Of a stretch of DNA of 64,000 nt, positions 1-11,100 are shown in pieces. The position numbers were made by a program, and so were the translations under genes. The stretch comes from an uncultured Gammaproteobacteria bacterium (lineage in GTDB: Bacteria; Pseudomonadota; Gammaproteobacteria; GCA-001735895): the NCBI GenBank assembly GCA_964488685.1, contig CAZAVY010000004.1, positions 158 to 64,157 on the forward strand, written 5' to 3'. The first letter of the stretch is position 1. The number at the start of each line of letters is the position of its first letter. Below the pieces are notes generated by a model. That model was not told the origin of the DNA and made no database searches. It worked only from the letters and a program-made list of their open reading frames with translations.

Positions 1-1337
1 TTGCTGCGATCGTACTCGGTGCGGCGCTAATCCCGCTCAACTCCACCATGATTGCAGTGGCCTTACCGGAGATCGGACAGACATTTCAGGTCGACCCGGG
101 CAACCTCACCTTGTGGCTGGTCACTTCTTACCTGTTGGTCAACATTATCCTGCTAAGCCCGGCAGGAAAGCTCGGCGACATGCTGGGCCGGCGCCGTGCA
201 TTCGGGATCGGACTGAGCTTGTTTGCCCTCGGAGTTTTGATAGCAACTTTTGCTCCGACAATATCCGCGGTGGCGGCCTCACGCGTCCTTATGGCGGCGG
301 GCGGTGCGATGCTGATGCCAAATGCGATGGCGCTGTTACGAGTTGTCATCGCTGAAGCCCAGCGGGCCCGGGCTTTTGGTTATTTCGGGGCGATGTTGGG
401 AACCTCGGCGGCAATCGGTCCCCTGGTCGGTGGAATTTTGACCCGGCACTTCGGTTGGGAGGCGATTTTTCTGGTAAATTTGCCGATTCTGATTTTGTCC
501 TGGGTGCTGGTTCAAAGCGATACTTCCTATGATCGCGTAAAGCCCCATAGGCCCAGGACGCACCCTGATTTTGATTTCACCGGGATGGGTTTGCTTGCTT
601 TCAGTCTGGGTGTTCTGGTGATCGGATTGAAAGCAGGTGGTCCCTGGTCCCTGGTATCAATTGTCCTAGCCGGTACAGGTACTTTCGCTTTTGTACAATG
701 GGAACGACGAGTGCCGGAACCGCTCATCGACCTTCAATTGTTTCGAAGTGTGCCGTTTGTGATCGGCGGCACCGTGGTTGGACTGCAAAATCTGGGGATG
801 TATGCACTGTTATTCCAGCTCCCATTTCTACTTGGGGGATGGTACCGGGTCGATGTGGGAACGATAGGACAGATATTACTTACCTTAACCCTGTTCATGG
901 TGTTTTTAGCTCCGGTAGGCGGACGATTATCAGAGCGTATCGGTACCCGCCCGACAGTGCTGGGTGGTCTGCTGGTTAGCCTCCTGGGGATGGTTATATT
1001 GTTCGCCACTACCGGCCCGAACTCGATTTTGTGGATGTTGATTTCCCTGGCCCTGGTGGGCGGCGGAATCGGAATAGTATCGGGTCCGGTTCAGTCCGCT
1101 GCTTTGTCCGCGGTTACTGTCGAACAAAGCGGTGTCGCCTCGGGCGTGTTATCGACGATGCGATACCTGGGTGGCATTGGAGGAATCACCATTATCTCAA
1201 CTTTTCTTGGCGACCAATCCCCGGCGAGCCTGCTGTCGCAGAACAGACTCTGCTTCGGAATATATAGCGGCGTTTATCTGTTTGCTTTCCTGATGGTGTT
1301 GGCGTTTCCGGAGCGCAGCAAAGCCGCCGCTTGTTAG
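1..1337 (+). CDS. MFS transporter, DHA2 (EmrB/QacA-like) family; 5' end off the window
   Basis: ORF 48..1337 stays open in the same frame back to base 3 (AAIVLGAALIPLNSTMIAVALPEIG...). Multi-TM hydrophobic profile; MFS loop motif GKLGDMLGRRRAF. Confidence 0.85.
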   Translation, partial: AAIVLGAALIPLNSTMIAVALPEIGQTFQVDPGNLTLWLVTSYLLVNIILLSPAGKLGDMLGRRRAFGIGLSLFALGVLIATFAPTISAVAASRVLMAAGGAMLMPNAMALLRVVIAEAQRARAFGYFGAMLGTSAAIGPLVGGILTRHFGWEAIFLVNLPILILSWVLVQSDTSYDRVKPHRPRTHPDFDFTGMGLLAFSLGVLVIGLKAGGPWSLVSIVLAGTGTFAFVQWERRVPEPLIDLQLFRSVPFVIGGTVVGLQNLGMYALLFQLPFLLGGWYRVDVGTIGQILLTLTLFMVFLAPVGGRLSERIGTRPTVLGGLLVSLLGMVILFATTGPNSILWMLISLALVGGGIGIVSGPVQSAALSAVTVEQSGVASGVLSTMRYLGGIGGITIISTFLGDQSPASLLSQNRLCFGIYSGVYLFAFLMVLAFPERSKAAAC

Positions 1338-1606
1338 CCACCGAGAAATTGTAGTATCTTCAATATACTCTCTTACAGTTAACTGGCTATTGGAATTATG
1401 ATTGTGTAAGTTTCCAGTGCCAATTTGACTTGGCATGAAAAGTCGTTAAATTGAGATCTATAGAATATCAGGCAGGCCAATGCAGCCCCGGGTTTTCAGG
1501 ATTAATAAAAATTTGAATGCTGAATGGGGTGCGGTTCGAGATCTCGCAGCTGTTTGGTGCATGTATAATACAGGACTTGTCAATTTACCATAACCCAAGG
1601 GGAATA

Positions 1607-2176
1607 ATGAATATCAAATCTATTGTAGTGTTACTTATGGGTGGGTTGAGCACCAGTCCGTCAATAGCGGCGGTAGATATTTCGTCCCTGGAGAATGAGC
1701 TCGATGTCAATCCGGTTGAAAGCTGTACCGACGGGCTGGAATTATACAGAGAAGGTGATCTCAAAGGCGCGATTGAATTAATTGGTCTTTGCCGAGACGA
1801 GATGGCGCAGATGGGTGAGCAGTTAGCCGCTGCCGCATTTGCCGATGAGATTCTCGAATTCACCGGAGAACCACTGCGCCAGCAAAATGCGCTTGGCTTC
1901 TCACAAATGGAACGCAAGTATCGAAAAGGCGATCAGGTTATCGATGTGACGCTTAGCGGCGGACAGGGTGCAGCGATGATGCAAACAGTAATTGGTGTCG
2001 CTGGAAAGCAGACCCGCGTCGGCAAACATAAAGGTTTTATAATCGCACAAAACAATGACATTACGATTTACGTTCCCATCGACAATCAGGCGCTATCGTT
2101 TAAAAGCAGGACTGTTGACCAAAAAATGCTCAAGCGATTCGCCAAAGCATTTTTAAAAGGTTTTTCTATTCGATAA
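1607..2176 (+). CDS. secreted hypothetical protein
   Basis: Inside ORF 1517..2176. ATG 1607 is preceded by AAGGGGA and followed by a signal-like MNIKSIVVLLMGGLSTSPSIAAVD. Ends 32 nt before the CsgG-like gene. Confidence 0.5.
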   Translation: MNIKSIVVLLMGGLSTSPSIAAVDISSLENELDVNPVESCTDGLELYREGDLKGAIELIGLCRDEMAQMGEQLAAAAFADEILEFTGEPLRQQNALGFSQMERKYRKGDQVIDVTLSGGQGAAMMQTVIGVAGKQTRVGKHKGFIIAQNNDITIYVPIDNQALSFKSRTVDQKMLKRFAKAFLKGFSIR

Positions 2177-2207
2177 ATTTTAAATACAACGAAATGGGGG
2201 CTCGATC

Positions 2208-3086
2208 ATGAAAATTGTAACCAGAATAGCCGTTGCGCTGATCGCCGGCCTGCTGTTGGGTGTCAATGGGGCGCAGGCAGAGATACGTATTGCAATAATG
2301 GACTTCGAAAACAAGACCTCCCACGGCGGCTGGCGACTGGGCGCCGGCGCATCGGATATGCTGGCTTCGGCATTGGTGAAACGAACCAAATACGCAATTA
2401 TCGAACGTGACAAGCTCGCCAATATCGTCAGCGAGCAAAATCTCAGCAATAATCCTACCCGTTTTGACCAATCCACTGCTGCCGAGATTGGCCGATTGCT
2501 GGGGGCCCAGTTTATCGTCACCGGGGCGGTCACTGAATACGGTCGGAGCAAGTCCGGAGGCAGTGGATTTGGAGTCAGTGTTGGAAAGAAAGGGTATAGT
2601 GCCGCTGTCGATATCCGGGTCATCGACGTCAATACGGGAGAGATCGTGTTTGCCAAAGATGCCAGCGACGACGAGTCGTCGGTCAGTCTCAGTGGGTTTG
2701 GATTTAGCGCAGGTGAGAGTTTCGATGAAAAAAAGGCGACTAAGGCCATGCGCGGAGCGATCAAAAAAATTGCCAAGAGTATGGGTAAGACCAGGTTCAA
2801 GGCGCGCCACATCGCTGCGGAAAAACCGGTTACCCCTGTGTTGGTCGCCGATGTCGATGGTAATATCATCACGCTGAACAAGGGTTTAGGCGCCAGTTAT
2901 AAAGTGGGCCAGCTAATCACGATTTCACGCAAAAAGAAGGAAATCAAGGATCCGGAAACCGGAAAGGTAATCAAGATTAAATACAAAAAGGTCGGAACCA
3001 TCAAGTTGATCGAAGTTGAGGACGGATATTCCGAGGGGGAAGTCGTTAGCGGTAGCGGGTTTGCGGTTAAGGATATCGTGCGTTGA
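2208..3086 (+). CDS. CsgG/HfaB-family protein with extra C-terminal beta-rich domain
   Basis: Signal peptide, then IAIMDFENKT...GAGASDMLASALV...RDKLANIVSEQNLS...IGRLLGAQFIVTGAVTEYG, a pattern typical of CsgG-like proteins. No lipobox Cys. Confidence 0.65.
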   Translation: MKIVTRIAVALIAGLLLGVNGAQAEIRIAIMDFENKTSHGGWRLGAGASDMLASALVKRTKYAIIERDKLANIVSEQNLSNNPTRFDQSTAAEIGRLLGAQFIVTGAVTEYGRSKSGGSGFGVSVGKKGYSAAVDIRVIDVNTGEIVFAKDASDDESSVSLSGFGFSAGESFDEKKATKAMRGAIKKIAKSMGKTRFKARHIAAEKPVTPVLVADVDGNIITLNKGLGASYKVGQLITISRKKKEIKDPETGKVIKIKYKKVGTIKLIEVEDGYSEGEVVSGSGFAVKDIVR

Positions 3087-3242
3087 TCCCGGCAAACAGT
3101 GTCGGTATTGATTTAAATTACCGACGATGCGCAACCTGTTCAGTGCAAAACACTAATCTGCATTTCTCGCCAACTTTAGTAGTGAGAAATGCCGGCTAGT
3201 AGAAATTGTTCGAATGCCTTCCCTGGCATGCCAGGTCGATGA

Positions 3243-3692
3243 TTACTTGATCGGCAATCCTGCTTTACGCCAGCCAAGGAACCCGGCTGAATAATTCTTT
3301 ACGTTGGTATATCCCATGTCCTGTAGCGTTTTTGCCGCCAGTGGGCTACGAAACCCAGCGCCGCAATAAACCACGATGGGGGTGTCTTTATTCTGCGCAA
3401 CCTTTGAGGCGCGAAATTCGAGCCAGCCGCGAGGAATGACCGAGTTTTGAATGGCATCGATAGTGCCGCCCATGTTGCTGACTTCATCCGTTGAGCGGAT
3501 GTCAATCAGTACCATTTCCAGTTCCTCATTGAGCATATTTTTTAACGCCTGGGTACTGATATCCGTGGTTACCGATTCGGCCTGTTTTTGTAGTTGTGGA
3601 CCCGAGGTGATGCCTTCCGGTGCCGACTGCGCTGAAACTGAGACCGCGACAAGCAATACCGCAGTTAACAGGGTTGATTTTCTAATAGTCAT
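3243..3692 (-). CDS. periplasmic single-domain rhodanese (sulfurtransferase)
   Basis: Signal peptide MTIRKSTLLTAVLLVAVSVSAQSA; rhodanese active-site loop VVYCGAGFRS. Confidence 0.85.
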   Translation of the reverse strand: MTIRKSTLLTAVLLVAVSVSAQSAPEGITSGPQLQKQAESVTTDISTQALKNMLNEELEMVLIDIRSTDEVSNMGGTIDAIQNSVIPRGWLEFRASKVAQNKDTPIVVYCGAGFRSPLAAKTLQDMGYTNVKNYSAGFLGWRKAGLPIK

Positions 3693-3885
3693 TAAGTTGT
3701 TCCTTGAAATGAGACCAATTATGAGTGATCTAGAGCCAAAAGGCTTTTAGTATCTGGATTTAGCGTCAATTTCAGCTGCATTAACGATATACAACATTTC
3801 AAACTTGATACCAGGTAGTTAAATAGTTGGATCTTATCTGTCACCTCGTTTTAAAATCGGCTTTCAGAGATAGCTGGTTATATAG

Positions 3886-5985
3886 GTGCTGCAATTGAAA
3901 GAGACTTCGATACGCATGGGCGTCGATATTGGTGGGACCTTTACCGATGTGGTACTTGAAATCGGCTCGCAACAGTTTTCGGCCAAGGTGCTGACGACCT
4001 ACGTCGCGCCTGAAGATGCGATTATCACCGGGATGAAGCAGGTTTGTGCCCAGGCGGCGATTCAGCCTTCCCGGATCGAACAGATTATTCACGGTACAAC
4101 CCTCGCCACCAATGCCCTGATCGAGCGCCGTGGCGCAAAAACTGCGTTAATCACCACCCGGGGATTTCGGGATGTCATTGAAATGCGCAGCGAATCCCGT
4201 TTTGAGCAATATGATCTCAATCTTACCTTGCCCGAGCCCCTGTTACCGAGGCAGCAGCGCTATACGCTGCAGGAACGAATCGGCGCCGAGGGTAATGTGC
4301 TTATTCCTTTGCAGCGTTCTGAGGTGGAAATTTTGGTCGACCAGATCAAAGGCGCAGGTTACCAAAGTATTGCGGTAGGACTCTTGCATTCCTATCTGAA
4401 CGATGCGCATGAAATCATGATTCGCGATGTGCTGCTGGAAAAATTGCCCACAGTGTCGGTATCACTGTCCTCGGAGGTTTCACCGCAAATGCGGGAATAC
4501 GAAAGGTTTAACACTGTTGTCGCCAACGCTTACATCAAACCGATGATGAAAAGCTATCTCGGCAGGTTAGGGGGTCAACTTAAAAATGAAGGTGTCACCT
4601 GTATCATCTTTTTGATGCATTCCGGCGGCGGCATTATTTCTATCGAAAGTGCAGCCGAGTTTCCGGTCAGGCTGGTTGAATCCGGCCCTGCCGGCGGTGC
4701 GGTTTTCGCCGCGCACATCGCCTCGCGTTACGGACTTGATAAAGTGCTGTCTTTCGACATGGGCGGCACCACTGCCAAGATTTGCCTGATCAAAAACCAG
4801 ACACCCAGGACCAGCCGCGTGTTCGAAGTTGCTCGCAGCTATCGCTTCAAGAAGGGTTCGGGGATGCCGATCTCAATTCCGGTTATCGATATGGTCGAGA
4901 TTGGTGCTGGCGGTGGTTCGCTGGCCCGTGTCGATGCGATGCGCCAAATCCGCGTTGGCCCGGAATCCGCTGGTTCCGAGCCGGGACCGGCCTGTTATGG
5001 TCGTGGTGGCGAGCGCCCGGCGGTCACCGATGCCGATCTTGTGCTGGGCAAACTCGATCCGGATAATTTTGCCGGCGGCTCGATAAAACTTGATACCGAA
5101 AGTGCAGCGACCGCATTACACAACTCGCTGGGAAAGATGCTTGAAATGGATTCACAAACTGCGGCCTACGGGCTGTGTGAAGTGGTCGATGAAAATATGG
5201 CCAATGCGGCGCGAGTGCACGCCGTGGAAAATGGCGAAGACCTGGCCGAATACACCATGATTGCCTTTGGTGGTGCCGCACCGTTGCATGCGGGCCGCCT
5301 GTGCGAAAAACTGGGGGTGTCGCGTTTTTTGGTTCCCCCCGGTGCTGGTGTTGGTTCGGCGATCGGCTTTTTGCGTGCCCCATTCAGTTTCGAAGCAAAT
5401 CGCAGCGTTTACATGCGTCTGGCTGACTTCAAACCTGATAGGGTGCGAAACCTGCTGGCGGAACTGGAAACCGAAGCAACCGGTTTTGTTCGTTCCTGTG
5501 ACGCTGACGCCGAGATCAAGGCTGAATACAAAGCCTATATGCGATACACCGGGCAAGGGCAAGAGATACCCATCGAACTTTCTCCCGAGCAGGCGAGAAA
5601 TCCGGATGCGTCAGCCTTCCAGGCATTATTCGAGAAAGACTACATCGCGCTCTTTGGCAGGGCGGTTGAAGGGATGGATATTGAAATTACGGTCTGGTCG
5701 GTAAATTCGGCAACCCTGACGGAAAAAGCCGAACCGGTGCAGACCCTGTCGGGAACCGCCAGGATCTTGACCAATGGACAAAGAAGCATTTTTGACCCTG
5801 CGCTCGGCACTGCAGTCGACGCTTCGATCGTGTTGCGCTCGGGCTTGCAGGCCGGGGACCTGGTGCCCGGCCCGGCGGCGATCACCGAAGATGAAACCAC
5901 CATTATCCTGCCGTCGAGCCGGCAGGCAGTGCGCCAGATTGACGGTTGTATAGACGTTGTCCAGACTGCCGGGAGCGAATCATGA
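3886..5985 (+). CDS. hyuA: hydantoinase/oxoprolinase family A subunit
   Basis: 699 aa; MGVDIGGTFTD N-terminus and SFDMGGTTAK motif of the HyuA/oxoprolinase family. Alternative ATG start at 3916. Confidence 0.9.
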   Translation: MLQLKETSIRMGVDIGGTFTDVVLEIGSQQFSAKVLTTYVAPEDAIITGMKQVCAQAAIQPSRIEQIIHGTTLATNALIERRGAKTALITTRGFRDVIEMRSESRFEQYDLNLTLPEPLLPRQQRYTLQERIGAEGNVLIPLQRSEVEILVDQIKGAGYQSIAVGLLHSYLNDAHEIMIRDVLLEKLPTVSVSLSSEVSPQMREYERFNTVVANAYIKPMMKSYLGRLGGQLKNEGVTCIIFLMHSGGGIISIESAAEFPVRLVESGPAGGAVFAAHIASRYGLDKVLSFDMGGTTAKICLIKNQTPRTSRVFEVARSYRFKKGSGMPISIPVIDMVEIGAGGGSLARVDAMRQIRVGPESAGSEPGPACYGRGGERPAVTDADLVLGKLDPDNFAGGSIKLDTESAATALHNSLGKMLEMDSQTAAYGLCEVVDENMANAARVHAVENGEDLAEYTMIAFGGAAPLHAGRLCEKLGVSRFLVPPGAGVGSAIGFLRAPFSFEANRSVYMRLADFKPDRVRNLLAELETEATGFVRSCDADAEIKAEYKAYMRYTGQGQEIPIELSPEQARNPDASAFQALFEKDYIALFGRAVEGMDIEITVWSVNSATLTEKAEPVQTLSGTARILTNGQRSIFDPALGTAVDASIVLRSGLQAGDLVPGPAAITEDETTIILPSSRQAVRQIDGCIDVVQTAGSES

Positions 5986-7691
5986 CTCACAATTACGCTA
6001 CCGTGTCCAACCAGGTGATGTGGAACCGATTGATATCAGTGGTCGAAGAGCAGGCGCAGGCCCTGATCCGAACCGCTTTTTCAGCGTCGGTGCGCGAAGC
6101 GGGCGACCTGTCAGCCGGAGTCTATGACACCCGTGGACAAATGCTGGCTCAGGCCGTAACCGGGACACCCGGTCACGTCAACGCCATGGCCGACTCGATC
6201 GCACATTTCATTCGCAGAATCGGCGTCGATAACATTTTTGATGAGGATATTTATATTACCAACGATCCCTGGGAAGGCACCGGCCATCTGCACGACATCA
6301 CGGTGGTTACGCCTGCCTTTTACCGGGGCGTTCACGTCGGCTTTTTTGGCTGTACGGCGCATATCGTCGATATTGGCGGGCGTGGATTCGGCGCCGATGC
6401 CAACTCGATTTATGAAGAGGGCCTTTACATTCCGATCATGAAATTCGCCGCAAGAGGTGAAGTCGACAAGACCCTGATCAATATAGTTCGCGGCAACGTG
6501 CGTGAGCCGGATCAGGCGATTGGTGATTTCTATGCGTTGGCGGCCTGCAATGAAATCGGCCATCGGCGCCTGGTCGATATGATGGATGAATTCAAACTGG
6601 GCGATCTGAATGGCATTGCAACTTTCATCCTGGAAAATTCCCGTCGCGCGACGCTGAAACGAATCGCCGCATTGCCCCGGACGCAAGCTGCGGGGTCGAT
6701 GACCATCGACGGATACAGCCATCCGGTCGAGTTGAAGGTCTCGCTCGATATCCAGCAAGATCGAATCATCTGCGATTTTTCGGGCACCTCGGGTCTGGAT
6801 AAAAAAGGCATCAATGTGCCGTTGGTTTACACCAAGGCTTACGCCTGTTTCGCGTTGAAATGTGCAATCGCACCGGAAATTCCCAATAACGCAGCTTCGT
6901 TGGCGCCATTCGAAATAACGGCACCCGAAAATTCTATTCTCAATGCTGTCCATCCGGCGCCGGTTGCCCTGAGGCACGTAATCGGTCACATGATTCCGGA
7001 CGCGGTATATAACGCACTTGACAAGATTCTACCGGGTACCATCCCCGCCGAGGGCGCCGGCACTTTGTGTAATTTCCAGGTCTCGCTGCGACCCAGAACC
7101 GATATCCAGGCACCGGAGAATACAGTCAGAGCGGAGGTGTTGACCTTTAATTCCGGCGGCTCAGGTGCGCGGCCGACATCGGATGGATTGAACGCAACGG
7201 CTTTCCCCTCCGGCGTTATGACAATGCCGGTCGAGGCAACCGAACACACCGGGCCGGTGATTATCTGGCGTAAGGAATTGCGCCCGGACAGTGGTGGTGC
7301 CGGCAAGTACCGCGGCGGCCTGGGACAATACATGGAGGTCGGTGCTAGCGAAGGCCATGAGTTTGATTTTTCCGCCATGTTCGATCGTGTCGACCATCCT
7401 GCTCGCGGCAGGCAGGGCGGTAAAAACGGAGCCACGATGACCATCTCCCGCGATGACGGCGCCGCGATGAAGGGTAAGGGCAAACAGTTTGTTCCAGCCG
7501 GTTGTCGCGTGATGCTGGCGATGCCGGGTGGCGCTGGTTACGGTGAAGCATCTGAACGGGATGCGGCGCTGGTGCGCCGGGATCTGGCGCGCGGGTACAT
7601 TTCGCAAGCCGTTGCCAAAAAGGATTACGGCATGAGCGATGCGGATATTGCAAGCGTCGTCGATGCACTCAACAAGGGAGAATCTGAGTAA
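5982..7691 (+). CDS. hyuB: hydantoinase B/oxoprolinase family subunit
   Basis: ATG 5982 overlaps the hyuA stop (ATGA). MTHNYATVSNQVMWNRLISVVEEQAQALIRTAFS... is typical of the HyuB N-terminus. Confidence 0.9.
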   Translation: MTHNYATVSNQVMWNRLISVVEEQAQALIRTAFSASVREAGDLSAGVYDTRGQMLAQAVTGTPGHVNAMADSIAHFIRRIGVDNIFDEDIYITNDPWEGTGHLHDITVVTPAFYRGVHVGFFGCTAHIVDIGGRGFGADANSIYEEGLYIPIMKFAARGEVDKTLINIVRGNVREPDQAIGDFYALAACNEIGHRRLVDMMDEFKLGDLNGIATFILENSRRATLKRIAALPRTQAAGSMTIDGYSHPVELKVSLDIQQDRIICDFSGTSGLDKKGINVPLVYTKAYACFALKCAIAPEIPNNAASLAPFEITAPENSILNAVHPAPVALRHVIGHMIPDAVYNALDKILPGTIPAEGAGTLCNFQVSLRPRTDIQAPENTVRAEVLTFNSGGSGARPTSDGLNATAFPSGVMTMPVEATEHTGPVIIWRKELRPDSGGAGKYRGGLGQYMEVGASEGHEFDFSAMFDRVDHPARGRQGGKNGATMTISRDDGAAMKGKGKQFVPAGCRVMLAMPGGAGYGEASERDAALVRRDLARGYISQAVAKKDYGMSDADIASVVDALNKGESE

Positions 7692-7747
7692 TAACGCCGC
7701 CATTGCAAGATCCCGGCTCTGGGGCCGGGATGATGAAGTAACCCTGT

Positions 7748-8015
7748 TTAGTTGGGGGAAACGGCGCTGGACGAAACTAGGACCGAATGTGCCTCTTCAC
7801 CATGCAGTATGCCGTGGTATTCGGTGAACAACTCGGTAACCGCATCCATCATCAGACGAACCGCCGGCGATTGGCGCATATAAAGTTTTCAGACGGCGCC
7901 CTACGGTCGGCTGACTAACCTTCAACACTCGTGACGCGGCCGAAAGAGTGCCTGTTTGGCTGATGCTCAAGAAAATACGTAGATCGTCCCAGTCAAGTTT
8001 CATCGACAATACCAT
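7748..8015 (-). pseudogene. LysR-family regulator remnant (HTH fused out of frame to a C-terminal tail; substrate-binding domain deleted)
   Basis: ORF 7797..8015 begins with the LysR HTH MKLDWDDLRIFLSISQTGTLSAASRVLKVSQPTVGRRLKTL, then loses similarity. A shifted frame reads MRQSPAVRLMMDAVTELF, resembling a LysR C-terminus. Confidence 0.55.
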
Positions 8016-8114
8016 TACGAAAATGAATAGCTACTATGCGTCAATGATAATAGCGATACAAAAAAATTAATACTAAACTGCCATATTTCGGATTTACCTG
8101 TAGCGAAAAATTCC

Positions 8115-11100
8115 GTGTATTTCAATCAAAAACTGTGGTCTCTTACCGACGGTGTGCGGGATCGAATCGCAGCATCCGTGGGCATGGGACTCGGTGGCTC
8201 AATCCTTGGCATGTCGCGCTTACTGCTGATGGGATGGCTGATCGGCCAGGTGCTTAACGGCGCGGGATTGCAAGACATCTGGCCTGCCGCTTTCGCCACG
8301 CTGGCAATGATGGCTATCTATGCAGCCTGGGATTATCAGCGCGTGATGCTGGCGCACAATACCGCAGCTATCGTTCAACATAAAATTCGTACCCGGTTAT
8401 TTGATCAGTTCGTCGCGCTTGGGCCATCACATTTTGCCCATCAGCGAAGTGGTGAGGTGAGTTCAGCGGCAGTTGAAGGGGTTGAGCAGCTGGAGATTTA
8501 TTTCGGTCAATTTCTGCCACAGTTACTGGTAGCCCTGTTGACACCTTTCGTGATTTTCGCTGTGGTCGCTATGCTGGATCTACCGGTGGCATTTGTACTG
8601 TTAATTGCTGCTTTCTTCACGCTGTTGGCACCGGGTTTGTTTCACCGCTGGGACACTGAAAATTCAATGCGCCGCGCGCGGGCCTACCGCGTTTTCGCCT
8701 CAGAGTTTCTGGATGCATTGCAGGGGCTTGTCACCTTGAAGGCTTTTGGCCAGAGCAAGGCGCGCGAATCCAGGCTTGCCGAACATGCGCATGAGCTCTT
8801 TCAAAGCACCATGTGGGTGTTGGCGACCAATTCATTGTCTCGCGGCATTACCGACATCGGAATTGCCCTGGGCGCCGCTGCTGCCCTGGCCTTATCGGCG
8901 TATCGAGTTAGTCAGGGACTCATGGAGCTTGAAATTTTAATTATGGTATTGTTGCTAGGTGTCGAGATCTTTCGTCCTTTGCGAGAGCTGCGCGGGCTTT
9001 TGCATGACGGTATGCTGGCCGAGTCGGCGGCAAAGCAAGTATTTTCGGTGTTGGATTCTAAGCCGCAAATTGACGACAGTGGTACATGGTCAGCCGATAA
9101 ACTCGAGGCCAGTCTGTCTTTTGAACAGGTGGAATTCGCTTATGATGATCCGAATACCGATGACAGGCCAGCGCGCGGGGCAGTTCACGATGGTTTGAGT
9201 TTCAACATCGAGATGGGTGAACGCATCGGCATTGTCGGCAGCAGTGGTGGCGGTAAGTCGACCATCGTTCGGTTGCTATTAAGATTTTACGACCCGCAAT
9301 CGGGGGTTGTTCGAATCGGTGGCAAGGACATTCGCGAAATATCTTTAGAACAGCTTCGCCGGCAGTTTGCCGTGGTTAGCCAGGACACGCATCTGTTTCA
9401 TGGCACGGTGCGTGAAAATTTGTTGCTGGGTGACCCCGAGGCCAGTGAAAAGTCACTCATCGAGTCTGCAAAATCGGCCAATGCCGATGAGTTTATCCGC
9501 GCGTTACCTGAAGGATATGACACCGTTATTGGTGAGCGTGGAGTTCGTTTATCGGGCGGGCAGAGGCAGCGCCTGGCCATCGCCAGGGCGATATTACGGG
9601 ATGCGCCAATCCTCATACTTGACGAAGCCTTATCATCGGTGGACGCACAGAACGAGGCGGAAATTCAAGTCGCACTCGATCGGTTAATGCTGGGTCGCAC
9701 GACCTTGATTCTGGCGCATCGGCTATCCAGCATCATTGCCTGCGATCGGATACTGGTATTGGATCGAGGTCAAGTTGTCGAGCAGGGACGACATGATGCG
9801 TTGATACAGCGGCAGGGTGTTTATGCCAGTCTTATGGCGACCCAGGTAGCCGACAGACAGGCCGCGGATGAGAGCCGCAGCATCGTTTCCGAGTTCCCCG
9901 GGGTGACCAACCGTGATGAGATCTGTAGTGAATCGGAATCGGCGCGCGGTTCAGCCGGCCGTTCGGCCGATCTGCAGGCGGATGTGCTGCAATCCAGCTC
10001 TCATTCCTGGGGTCGGGTATTCAAACAGTTACTAGCATTTGCTGCGCCATGGAAGGGTCGATTGGTGTTAACTTTTTCATTGGGTGTCGGACGTGTGCTG
10101 GCTTTTATCGGCGTAAGCTTGTTATCGGCGCTGGCTGCCGTGGCAGTAAAGGCAGGCGCAGACTACCGCATTTTGTTAATTGTCCTGGCGGCAACCGCAA
10201 TTGCCGCGGCCCTGTTGCATTGGCTGGAATCCTGGTTGTCTCACGATATAGCCTTTCGAATGTTATCCGAAATGCGAATCGCGTTGTTCCGCAAACTTGA
10301 CAGCCTGGCCCCGGCCTTTTTACTGAGAAGGCGCAGTGGCGATCTCATCAACCTGGCCACTCATGATGTCGAAATGGTTGAATACTTTTTTGCCCATACC
10401 ATCGCCCCGGTGTTTGTTGCCTTGCTGGTGCCGTTGTTGGTTTTGGTTTTACTGGCGAGCTTCGATTTAACATTGGCGCTGGCGCTGATTCCGTTTCTTG
10501 CCGTGGTCGCCTTGATGCCGATACTGCGCCGGGCACGGATTGATCGTTTAGCGGGCAGGGCGCGAGAGTTGCTGGGCGCCTTGTCGTCGCATACAGTCGA
10601 AAGTTTACAGGGGCTCGGCGAGTTATTGTCATACCAGGCTAGTGGGCAACGGCGCCGGCAATTGGTTGAGTTGATGCGCCGACATCATGCCGAACGCATA
10701 CCGTTTTTTAAAGAAATAACCCGCCAAAGTGTGATCACCGATTTAACCACGGTTGCCGCAGGTTTGGCGATTATATTACTTGCGGTGCCGTTGGTCAGCA
10801 CCGGCGAAGTTGACGCGATCTATATGCCGCTTCTGGCTTTGGCATCTATGGCCGCTTTTTTGCCGGTGATAGAAATCTCCGACGCGGGACGTCAGCTTTC
10901 GGAAACCTTCGCTGCGACCAACCGATTGATCGAGGTGCATGACACACCCGCCGCGGTGAGTGATGATGGATTGCAACAGGTTGATAACCCGGAACCGCTA
11001 AGCTCGGTTGCCGCGTTGGATATCGAATTTCACAATCTGGATTTTTACTACGATGCGCAGAACGCGTTGGCTATCAGGGACTTCAATCTAAATATTTCGG

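Noticed and set aside
2180-2881. Long antisense ORFs overlapping well-supported genes (also 2166..2810, 6111..6989, 6986..7483, 24786..25220, 44170..44984, 49654..50193, 53625..54074, 55675..56130, 57378..57812)
   Set aside because: These are shadow ORFs opposite genes with strong family motifs. Their translations are low-complexity or Arg/Ser/Pro-rich and carry no motifs.
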